NCBI GenBank assembly: GCA_963754655.1
Contig: CAVWGN010000001.1
Span: forward strand, 704,001 to 768,000
Length of the DNA: 64,000 nucleotides
Source: an uncultured Chlamydiae bacterium
GTDB taxonomy: Bacteria; Chlamydiota; Chlamydiia; Chlamydiales; Parachlamydiaceae
Direction of reading: 5' to 3'
Shown: piece by piece, positions 21,477 to 29,430 of the stretch
How the letters are laid out: each line of letters starts with the position of its first letter
Position numbering within the stretch: position 1 is the first letter of the stretch
Translations under genes and position numbers: made by a program
Notes under the pieces: generated by a model
What the model was told of the DNA's origin: nothing
Databases searched by the model: none
The model's input: only the letters and a program-made list of their open reading frames with translations

Positions 21477-21768
21477 AGCGGCGTTAGCCGCGCATGGATA
21501 GTAGCCGTGGGTGTAGGCGCAAGCCGAAACCCACGGTTACCCAAAAACAAATTTGAGCCACGTTAGTGGCGTAGCATTCGTTTAAATAAACATTGCTCCA
21601 CAATCACATTTCCTACGCCACTAACGTGGCTTCATTTTTTTTACCATACACCGTGGGTTCCGGCTTCGCCTACACCCACGGCTACTATCCATGCGCGGCT
21701 AACGCCGCTTGAGCGACAAATTTAGCTTCTGGAGTTTGCCAGAAGCATTTCGCTCCTAGCCTATGGCC
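21477..21768. repeat. Family D REP-doublet palindrome, copy 1 (left outer arm missing)
   Basis: GCGGCGTTAGCCGC / AGCCGTGGG..CCCACGG / GCCACGTTAGTGGC arm and its inverted copy around a 38-bp loop. Confidence 0.85.
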
Positions 21769-21910
21769 GGGACTTAACAAAGAACTGTTTTGGGCTTGAT
21801 GTTTTTCGCGTCATTTTCGGGAAATATGCCTCTAAAGACTTTTACAGGCGGTGTGTTGTTAAATTGACTCGACGAATATCAAGCCCAAAAACAGTTCTTT
21901 GTTAAGTCCC
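21769..21910. mobile_element. Family C MITE-like element, copy 2 (142 bp)
   Basis: Same TIRs as copy 1; flanked on both sides by GGCC (21765-21768, 21911-21914). Confidence 0.8.
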
Positions 21911-22261
21911 GGCCATAGAATAGGAACGAAATGCTTCTGGCAAACTCCAGAAGCTAAATTTGTCGCTCAAGCGGCGTTAGCCGCGCATGGATAGTAGCCG
22001 TGGGTGTAGGCGCAAGCCGAAACCCACGGTTACCCAAAAACAAATTTGAGCCACGTTAGTGGCGTAGCATTCGTTTAAATAAACATTGCTCCACAATCAC
22101 ATTTCCTACGCCACTAACGTGGCTTCATTTTTTTTACCATACACCGTGGGTTCCGGCTTCGCCTATACCCACGGCTACTATCCATGCGCGGCTAACGCCG
22201 CTTGAGCGACAAATTTAGCTTCTGGAGTTTGCCAGAAGCATTTCGTTCCTAGCCTATGGCC
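21911..22261. repeat. Family D palindrome, copy 2 (complete, about 350 bp)
   Basis: GGCCATAG..GAAATGCTTCTGGCAAACTCCAGAAGC.. outer arms on both sides plus the REP doublet; 493-bp offset from copy 1. Confidence 0.85.
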
Positions 22262-22402
22262 GGGACTTAACAAAGAACTGTTTTGGGCTTGATGTTTTTC
22301 GCGTCATTTTCGGAATATATGCCTCTAAAGCCTGTTAAAGGCGGTGTGTTGTTAAATTGACTCGACGAATATCAAGCCCAAAAACAGTTCTTTGTTAAGT
22401 CC
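22262..22402. mobile_element. Family C MITE-like element, copy 3
   Basis: Same TIRs, last C absent; a few substitutions relative to copy 2. Confidence 0.8.
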
Positions 22403-22548
22403 AGACCGAACGGTGGGCCTCAACCTCACACACAAGCCCAGAGCGAAGCGGCGCGGCGACTGAATGCGTCGCGTAGCCTACGCTCATCTCTTAGCTTGAT
22501 GCGTATGGGGCAACCCCTGCGGTTGAGCGGGTTGTCATGCAGCCTGAA

Positions 22549-22670
22549 GAGGCTGACAGCAAATTGATAATTTCGGACGTATATAATTTATTTTAACTGG
22601 TCTTGAGTATATTGTGAGTGGTTTCAAAAAATTATTTAAGGTCCGAAATTATCCATTTGCTGTCAGCCTC
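22549..22670. mobile_element. Family I MITE (122 bp)
   Basis: 30-bp TIRs GAGGCTGACAGCAAAT(T/G)GATAATTTCGGAC with 1 mismatch; GAA duplicated at 22546-22548 and 22671-22673. Confidence 0.85.
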
Positions 22671-22789
22671 GAAGGGTTGCAATTGTCAAAGATCAAGCCT
22701 GGAGCGAAGCCGGCGCGGCAATTGAAGGCGTCGTTTAGCTTGCTCTCTCTTGTAGCTTAATGTGTATGCGTAGCATTTGATTTGAAAAT

Positions 22790-24703
22790 TTAGATCTGCC
22801 AATTGAAAAGCCTAGTCATTTTGCTGAAAATGGTATTCGAGACAAACTCAAGATCTTTTTTAAAGCTTTCATCTGCATATTTAAGAGCCATGCTATCTTG
22901 CTGAACGGCAATCAAGACAATGTTTGGATCTTTTTTAAGACTTTCATCTGCATATTCAAGAGCCATGCTATTTTGTTGAACGGCAATCAAGACAATGTTT
23001 GGATCTTTTTTAAGACTTTCATCTGCATATTGAAGAGCAGAGCCATCTTGATTAATGGCAGCCAAGACAATTTCTCGATCTTTTTTAAGGCTTTCATCTA
23101 CACATCGAAGAGCCCTGCCATTTTGCTTAACAGCAGCCAAGGCAATGTCTCGATCTTTTTTAAGGCTTTCATCTGCAAATTGAAGAGCAAAGCTATCTTC
23201 CTGAATGGCAATCAAGACAATGTTTGGATCTTTTTTAAGACTTTCATCTGCATATTGAAGAGCTTGACCATCTTGATTAACAGCAGCGAAGACAATCCCT
23301 CGATCTTTTTTAAGGCTCTCATCTACAAATCGAAGAGACCAGCCATTTTGCTGAACAGCAGCTAGGACAATCTCTCGATCTTTTTTACAATTTTCATATG
23401 CATATTGAAGAGCCCTGCCCTCTTGCTGAACGGCAGTCAAGACAATGTCTCGATCTTTTTTAAAGCTTTCATCTGCAAAGTAAAGAGCTAAGCCATTTTG
23501 CTGCACGGCAGCCCAGACAATCTTTCGATCTTTTCTAAAACTTTCATCTGCAAATTGAAGAGCCTCTCCTTGTTGCTGAATGGCAGTCAAGACAATCTCT
23601 TGATTTTTTTTAAGGCTTTCATCTGCAAATTGAAGAAACCAGCCATTTTGCCGAACAGCAGCTAAGACAATGTCTTGATCTTCTTTAAGGCTTTTATCTG
23701 CATATTCAAGAGCCGAGCCATTTTGCTGAACGGCCGTCAAGACAATGTCTCGATCTTTTTTAAAGCTTTTATCTGCATATCCAAGAGCCCGGCCATTTTT
23801 CTGAACAACAGCTAAGACAAACTCTCGATTTTTTTGAAGACTTTCATCCGCAAATCGAAAAGCACTTCTATCTTGATTAATGGCATCTAAGACAATCTCT
23901 CGATCTTTTTTAAGGCTTTCATCTGCATATTGAAGAGCCAGGCCATTTTTCTGAACGGCAGCCAAGATAACCTCTCGATCTTTTTTAAGACTTTCATCAA
24001 AAACAGAATATCCAAAATAGCGAGCAACTTGTATAAAAATTTTTCTATCGTTAAAATTGGGAAATTTTTTAAGCGTGGAGATGACCGATTCTTTTGCCCG
24101 TTCTGATATGATATAGTCTCTACCGCCCACATAAAGTTTTGCGATAAAATCATTTTTGATCATTAGGAGTCTTTGATCATCAGTGCCCCATATAAGAGAA
24201 TTTAAAATAGACAATTGCCTTTCGGCCACTTGCCCGATGTTCTTATTGGCACTAGTTTTGCAAATTTGGTGATTCCATCGATAGTGATCCAAAAGAGAAA
24301 GAAATAAACTGTTAGCGCAAAATAAAGATGATTGAACCGTTAACAATTTTTCAAATTTTGCTCCATTACTGCTGGCTCGATCAATCAATGTAAGTTCTTG
24401 AGATGTAAAAGACTGCTTTTGCTCAGTTGCGAGACATTCTCGGGGAAGGTTAATAGGGGAGTGAGGATTCTTTTTAAGTTGAAAAAGAGTCTGCGCTAAG
24501 GAGATGCAAGGATTTTGCTCAAAAACTCTTTTCCATCTTGTACAAGTGAATAAAATAGAAGCAATATCACTTAAAAGTGGACTTTCTTGATTGACAATCC
24601 GATCAAAAAAAATTTCTAATATCTCATCAGGAAGTAGGGCGTTTAAGCAAACTTCGTTTAAAATGGTTTGCGCGGCTTGTGAATTAACAAGCGTAAATTG
24701 CAT
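22790..24703 (-). CDS. F-box-like plus DUF4116-type 25-aa tandem repeat protein, paralogue 2
   Basis: N- and C-termini nearly identical to 18594-20504; 15 full repeats with different variable residues. Confidence 0.85.
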   Translation of the reverse strand: MQFTLVNSQAAQTILNEVCLNALLPDEILEIFFDRIVNQESPLLSDIASILFTCTRWKRVFEQNPCISLAQTLFQLKKNPHSPINLPRECLATEQKQSFTSQELTLIDRASSNGAKFEKLLTVQSSLFCANSLFLSLLDHYRWNHQICKTSANKNIGQVAERQLSILNSLIWGTDDQRLLMIKNDFIAKLYVGGRDYIISERAKESVISTLKKFPNFNDRKIFIQVARYFGYSVFDESLKKDREVILAAVQKNGLALQYADESLKKDREIVLDAINQDRSAFRFADESLQKNREFVLAVVQKNGRALGYADKSFKKDRDIVLTAVQQNGSALEYADKSLKEDQDIVLAAVRQNGWFLQFADESLKKNQEIVLTAIQQQGEALQFADESFRKDRKIVWAAVQQNGLALYFADESFKKDRDIVLTAVQQEGRALQYAYENCKKDREIVLAAVQQNGWSLRFVDESLKKDRGIVFAAVNQDGQALQYADESLKKDPNIVLIAIQEDSFALQFADESLKKDRDIALAAVKQNGRALRCVDESLKKDREIVLAAINQDGSALQYADESLKKDPNIVLIAVQQNSMALEYADESLKKDPNIVLIAVQQDSMALKYADESFKKDLEFVSNTIFSKMTRLFNWQI

Positions 24704-24978
24704 AAATATCCTTTAATTAATTTTATATACTTTAATTTTTTATTACTGATTTGATAATAATCAAATTGTTAATTGTATAAATATAATACATTAATGGCAA
24801 TTATTTTATTTACATTAATTGCAACTAATTTTTTTTTGATATAGATAAAAGCCTTAATAACCTGAGCTTTTGAGTTTATCTACTGCGAATGAGGAAGAGC
24901 GGCTGAACGGTTGGGTTTACAGCCTTGTGTATATGCTAACGCGGCTAAATGTTTTCAGACAATTCCACTGCTGTTTCT

Positions 24979-25896
24979 CTAAACATTTAGTTCCTTTAAT
25001 TCAGCTTGTTCTTGATCTCCTGCCCATTTCCAAAGAGCATATTGCGCAATAAGAGGAATGGCCACCATCGTCACGGCTGCTGCTATAGGATGAATACCTG
25101 CTCCTTTCCATAGCATAAAAAAATCATGGCCTTCTGATTTAGGATCAAGAGATGTTAATGAAAGTGCCGAGAGTGCATAGAAAACATGGTTAATAACTCT
25201 TGCAATGGCCATATAAACAAGATGTAACCGAAGCTCGGGATGAGTATCTTTAACTTTATGTGCAAAAGCAAGAAGCACTGTTGCCTCTAAAGTAGCAAAG
25301 GCAGCTCCAGCTGCCGTCACTGCCATCAATGCTCTTTTTTCTCCAAGCCACTGTCCCACTCTTGAGAGCGCAGTGCCATAAAAAGTCGTTACTCCTCCTC
25401 CTTCTGGGAAAAGTTCTATTATAGGATTCTCATTTTTGAATAACAGGCGAACCATGAAAGCATGGCCCATCTCATGAATAAGTGTCCCATGAGTATATCC
25501 ATTAGATACAGCAAAAAACCAAGCGCGCAAATGATGCAAATCCAATATCGCATTGCATTTAAGCAAAAGGAAGCTTGTATTATCTAAATTGCCATCACGC
25601 AGAATATCACAACACAGGCTGTAATCAAGTAAAGCTTCGGTACAATGGAAAAGAGTGGTGAGGGCTATGACAGTAATTAAACTCATCATGACAGTAGGGA
25701 TAGCGGTGGTTGCCATGAAGCAACAAGCGGTTCCAGCTGCTAGAGAGGCTACAACCAATTCTCCCAGACAAGTTGATGCTACCTTCCAAATTAACTTATC
25801 CCTGATTTCCTGCTCATTTAGAAGAACTTCTTCTCCATTGTCATCTAAACTTTTACATGCAAGATAAAAAACTGGAAGATTATGTACATAAATCAT
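24979..25896 (-). CDS. Membrane metalloprotease, M50-like
   Basis: HEMGH zinc motif in a hydrophobic context, AAGA segment, and distal GHD as candidate third ligand. Confidence 0.7.
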   Translation of the reverse strand: MIYVHNLPVFYLACKSLDDNGEEVLLNEQEIRDKLIWKVASTCLGELVVASLAAGTACCFMATTAIPTVMMSLITVIALTTLFHCTEALLDYSLCCDILRDGNLDNTSFLLLKCNAILDLHHLRAWFFAVSNGYTHGTLIHEMGHAFMVRLLFKNENPIIELFPEGGGVTTFYGTALSRVGQWLGEKRALMAVTAAGAAFATLEATVLLAFAHKVKDTHPELRLHLVYMAIARVINHVFYALSALSLTSLDPKSEGHDFFMLWKGAGIHPIAAAVTMVAIPLIAQYALWKWAGDQEQAELKELNV

Positions 25897-26237
25897 AAGA
25901 ACTCATTTTTAATGATGATTAGTTGTTTTAAAGATAGTTGATGATAGATAATAAATTAAAAAAGATTATAATTCAATATAATAGTATGTTATTAGATAGG
26001 TTAAAGAAGTTTTTTAAAATGAGAAAAATCAACCCTTGAAAAAATAATTTCTTGTTTTAAATAGTTTTGATTAAATGTAATAGGCCCATGGATTAAAACA
26101 TAGAATTTCCCTATGTTTCTTTTATATGGTTATCAGACTAAATAGGATTTTACTATGAAAGATTTTTTGTTTAAATGTTTCATGTAAACCTTCTTCTGTG
26201 AGGTTATTGAGAGCTTGAAACAGAGAATGAATAAGTG

Positions 26238-26263
26238 CTCAGCTCATGTTGCAATGAGCTGAG
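26238..26263 (-). terminator. Hairpin downstream of the BI-1 gene
   Basis: CTCAGCTCAT-gttgca-ATGAGCTGAG, 11 bp past the stop; weak U-tract. Confidence 0.45.
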
Positions 26264-26274
26264 TAGTGAATAAA

Positions 26275-27138
26275 TTAGCTATTCTCGCTTTTTTTGTTCT
26301 CGAGCATAATTCTGAGAATTCTTAAGAAGATGTTCAATCCATCTAAATAAATATTTAGAGAAGAATTGATCGCATCGAAAACTGCGTCACTTTGTTTTTC
26401 AGCCTCTTCCATTAAGCGTTGTGTGCTAGACATCAACAAGCCAGAAAACACGACTAATCCACCATATAGCGAAGCGCGATCCACACCATAAGCAAAGGCA
26501 GTATTGGGGAAGAAACATGCGATAAAGCTTGCAATTGAAAGACTGCTTAAAGCGGCCATCAAAGGACCTTCCCAGGCTAAAAATCTTCTATCAGGGGCTA
26601 GGAAAGCTGTGAGCGTTAAAGCGCCTCCTAATCCAAGAGAAATGGCTGCCGCTTGTGCAACGACTCTTTGATCTAAAAATCCAAGAGGAGATAACATCAT
26701 TCCCATCGTGGCATTAAAAACGAACCAAGCCACATTCTTTGCTTTATCACTTTCTTTGCTAATCGTTAGAGTGGCAATAAGTGCTGCGCAAGATCCAAGA
26801 GCGAGTGGAATAGCTAAGTAGCGATTCTGTAGAATTTTAAGGGATAAACCGCTAATATGAGCGACAGCAGCACTCGCTGCAGTGAGGGCAAAACCGCCAA
26901 ATACGTAGCCATAAGCACGGCATACTCTGGCTTTTACTTGCTCAAAATTAGCATCTGGCTGCATGTTATCAAAGTTCTGATCAGCTTGACTCCAACGATA
27001 AATTCCCAGTCCAATTAACGCAGTTGCGCTGGTAGCTAAAATAATGCCGCTCCAACGAGTTACAGAAGAATTGAGAAATTGATTAAAAGTAGACCAATGT
27101 GTAGCAGAAGGGACATGCATAAAATTCGAAATATTCAT
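26275..27138 (-). CDS. Bax inhibitor-1/TMBIM family membrane protein, GHITM-like
   Basis: Seven or more TM segments; C-terminal FDAINSSLNIYLDGLNIFLRIL signature. Confidence 0.85.
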   Translation of the reverse strand: MNISNFMHVPSATHWSTFNQFLNSSVTRWSGIILATSATALIGLGIYRWSQADQNFDNMQPDANFEQVKARVCRAYGYVFGGFALTAASAAVAHISGLSLKILQNRYLAIPLALGSCAALIATLTISKESDKAKNVAWFVFNATMGMMLSPLGFLDQRVVAQAAAISLGLGGALTLTAFLAPDRRFLAWEGPLMAALSSLSIASFIACFFPNTAFAYGVDRASLYGGLVVFSGLLMSSTQRLMEEAEKQSDAVFDAINSSLNIYLDGLNIFLRILRIMLENKKSENS

Positions 27139-27350
27139 ATGTTCCTTTATAATGATAGTTTTGCAAAAGAATCTATTGTAATTGATTAGGATTGTATCGG
27201 CTAATCTAATACCTAATCTTTACTAATCCTTAAAATTATTCATAATTGAAAATAAAAAACAAGAAGTTTATTTTATTCAGAAAATACTTGGATGTCAATT
27301 GGCTATAATAATGGAATTATGTATAAATTTATTTTTAAATTGGAAGGGCT

Positions 27351-27989
27351 ATGTTTGAACAAGAACTCTTTTCTCTAAATCCTGTTCAATTCTTTGCTCT
27401 CTCTTGTGATTGCTCTTATTTAATCCAGAAAGAGCAAATGCCTTCCTTGATAACCCACGCCTTGCCTTCTACTCAACGTTTAACGCGGGAAGAGCATTTT
27501 GCTAAGGTGGCGCTAGGATGGAATGAAGAGGGGATAGCAATACAGGTGCAGGTCAATCAGCCTGCCAGTGAATCTTTCTATCCAAAGATAGAAGAAGGAG
27601 ATAGTGTGGAATTATTTATTGACACGCGCGATCTCAAATCGACTGGTTTCAACACACGCTTTTGCCATCATTTCTTTTTCTTGCCTCAAGCAGTGGAAGG
27701 AGTGACAAAAGGAGAAAAAACGCATTTTCGTACAGAAGATAAACATTCTTTGTGCGATCCTCAAGCGCTTCATTGTCAAACACAATTAAGACGCAATCAC
27801 TATCTGATGAAAATTTTTATTTCCACTCAATGCTTATATGGATATGATTCTAGACAATTTGATCGTTTGGGTTTTACTTATCGCATTAATCGGCCTAAAG
27901 GCAAACCTCAGCATTTTACCGTGGTATCGCAGGACTATCAACTTGAACAGCAACCTTCACTGTGGGGATCGATTAAATTAGTGAAATGA
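27351..27989 (+). CDS. Hypothetical protein with DOMON/CBM9-like motifs; first gene of the gcv operon
   Basis: LGWNEEGI and GDSVELFIDTR resemble CBM9-like DOMON domains; ATGA overlap with gcvT. Confidence 0.55.
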   Translation: MFEQELFSLNPVQFFALSCDCSYLIQKEQMPSLITHALPSTQRLTREEHFAKVALGWNEEGIAIQVQVNQPASESFYPKIEEGDSVELFIDTRDLKSTGFNTRFCHHFFFLPQAVEGVTKGEKTHFRTEDKHSLCDPQALHCQTQLRRNHYLMKIFISTQCLYGYDSRQFDRLGFTYRINRPKGKPQHFTVVSQDYQLEQQPSLWGSIKLVK

Positions 27990-29065
27990 GAACTGTATTA
28001 TATGATCGTCATATTGCTCTTGGAGCCAAAATGGTCTCTTTTGCAGGCTGGGAAATGCCTGTCCAATATAAAGGGGTTTTGGCTGAACACCAAGCCGTCA
28101 GGCAAACTGTCGGGCTATTTGATATTTCTCATATGGGCCGCATTAAGGTTGATGGCTCAGATGCAGAGCGTCTGCTAGATTATATTTCTACTAATCGCTT
28201 AATGGGAAAGGCTCCTGGAACCGCGACTTACACTGTTTGGTGCTACGCCCATGGGGGAAGTGTCGATGACGTCATCGTCTATAAAAGGGATGCGAACCAT
28301 TTTTTTATCATTGCCAATGCAAGTAATCGTGATAAAGATTTGGTTCATTTGGGAACACAAGCTCAATTGCAAGAATATGAGGTTGAAATTCAAGAATCCT
28401 TTAGTCAAGCGGGTATTTTAGCCCTTCAGGGGCCTTTAGCTTGTCCCTTGCTTGCCTCTTTAGTTCCCGATGTACAGTCACTTAAACCCATGCAATTTTT
28501 ATCTTTGGGCAATGAAGATTTTTTTATTTCACGCACTGGTTATACGGGTGCTGGAGGGTTTGAATTATATGGTTCTGCCGACAAAATTGTGGAATGGTGG
28601 GATCTTCTCATGGAAAAAGGACAAGCTTATGGTATTCAACCGATAGGATTGGGAGCGCGCGATACATTACGTCTTGAAATGGGTTTTGCTTTATATGGGC
28701 ACGAGTTAAGTGATACCATTGCTCCTAACGAAAGCGTTGCGTCTTGGACGGTGAAATGGGACAAACCCTCCTTTTTGGGTAAGAAAGCGCTCGAACAAAT
28801 TGAAAAAAGTTCAACCAAACGATGGTCGTATGGCGTCCGCCTGCTTGATAAAAGAATTGCCCGCCAGGGATATCAAGTTGTAAAAAATGAAGAAGTCATC
28901 GGAGAAGTGACATCGGGTACTTTTTCAGCTACTTTAGAAGAAAGCATCGCTCTGATTCTTGTTCACACTCCACTCAAAATCGGCGATCAAATTGTGATTC
29001 AAATTCGTCAACATTTTTGCTACGCTCAAGTGGTAGAACTGCCTTTTGTAAGGAAAATAACATGA
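27986..29065 (+). CDS. gcvT: Glycine cleavage system T protein
   Basis: FAGWEMPVQY, LFDISHMG, SRTGYTG and GLGARDTLRLEMG motifs. Confidence 0.97.
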   Translation: MRTVLYDRHIALGAKMVSFAGWEMPVQYKGVLAEHQAVRQTVGLFDISHMGRIKVDGSDAERLLDYISTNRLMGKAPGTATYTVWCYAHGGSVDDVIVYKRDANHFFIIANASNRDKDLVHLGTQAQLQEYEVEIQESFSQAGILALQGPLACPLLASLVPDVQSLKPMQFLSLGNEDFFISRTGYTGAGGFELYGSADKIVEWWDLLMEKGQAYGIQPIGLGARDTLRLEMGFALYGHELSDTIAPNESVASWTVKWDKPSFLGKKALEQIEKSSTKRWSYGVRLLDKRIARQGYQVVKNEEVIGEVTSGTFSATLEESIALILVHTPLKIGDQIVIQIRQHFCYAQVVELPFVRKIT

Positions 29066-29430
29066 AATTTACAGATTCGCATGAATGGGTTGAATTAGAA
29101 GGAAAAGGGATAGCTCGCATAGGCATCACAACATATGCCCAAAAAGAGCTCGGCGATATTGTCTATGCTGAATTGCCCCTTGTAGGGAAACAAGTCAATG
29201 CAACACAGGAAGTAGCAGTCTTGGAGTCTACGAAAGCGGCAGCCGATATTTATTCTCCCGTTTCTGGAACAATTGCAGAGGTCAATCAAAAATTGACTTC
29301 TTCTCCTGAATTGATCAATCAATCTCCTGAACAAGAAGGGTGGATTTATAAAATTCAGCTTTCAAATGCGGCTGAAGTTGATCTTTTAATGGATCAAGCT
29401 GAATATCAAGCGATGTTGAATGGGGCCTAA
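29062..29430 (+). CDS. gcvH: Glycine cleavage system H protein
   Basis: HEWV, GITTYAQKELGDIV and ESTKAA lipoyl-lysine motif; ATG 29062 overlaps the gcvT stop. Confidence 0.97.
   Translation: MKFTDSHEWVELEGKGIARIGITTYAQKELGDIVYAELPLVGKQVNATQEVAVLESTKAAADIYSPVSGTIAEVNQKLTSSPELINQSPEQEGWIYKIQLSNAAEVDLLMDQAEYQAMLNGA

Larger units (their letters stand above)
21030..22493. repeat. Family B palindrome interrupted by a C/D array
   Basis: Left arm TAAGAGATGAGCGTAGGC.. from 21030, core hairpin 21133-21254, right arm resuming at 22404; homologous to 60159-60531. Confidence 0.85.
20950..22690. repeat. Family H outer inverted arms enclosing the nested cluster
   Basis: TTTGACAC..CCTTCAGGTTGCATGACAACCC..TACGCATCAAGC (about 20959-21029) pairs with 22494-22548 plus 22674-22690; a related arm lies at 58824-58902. 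Confidence 0.8.

Noticed and set aside
21256..22402. CRISPR array interpretation of the C/D alternation
   Set aside because: Units are 142 and about 350 bp, the inserts are near-identical rather than unique, and no cas genes are present.
18888..24153. Repetitive alternative-frame and antisense ORFs inside the DUF4116 genes
   Set aside because: Shadows of the 75-bp coding repeat.
18594..24703. Diversity-generating retroelement acting on the repeat genes
   Set aside because: No reverse transcriptase or non-coding template repeat in the window; the differences do not appear restricted to adenines, though this was not tested computationally.
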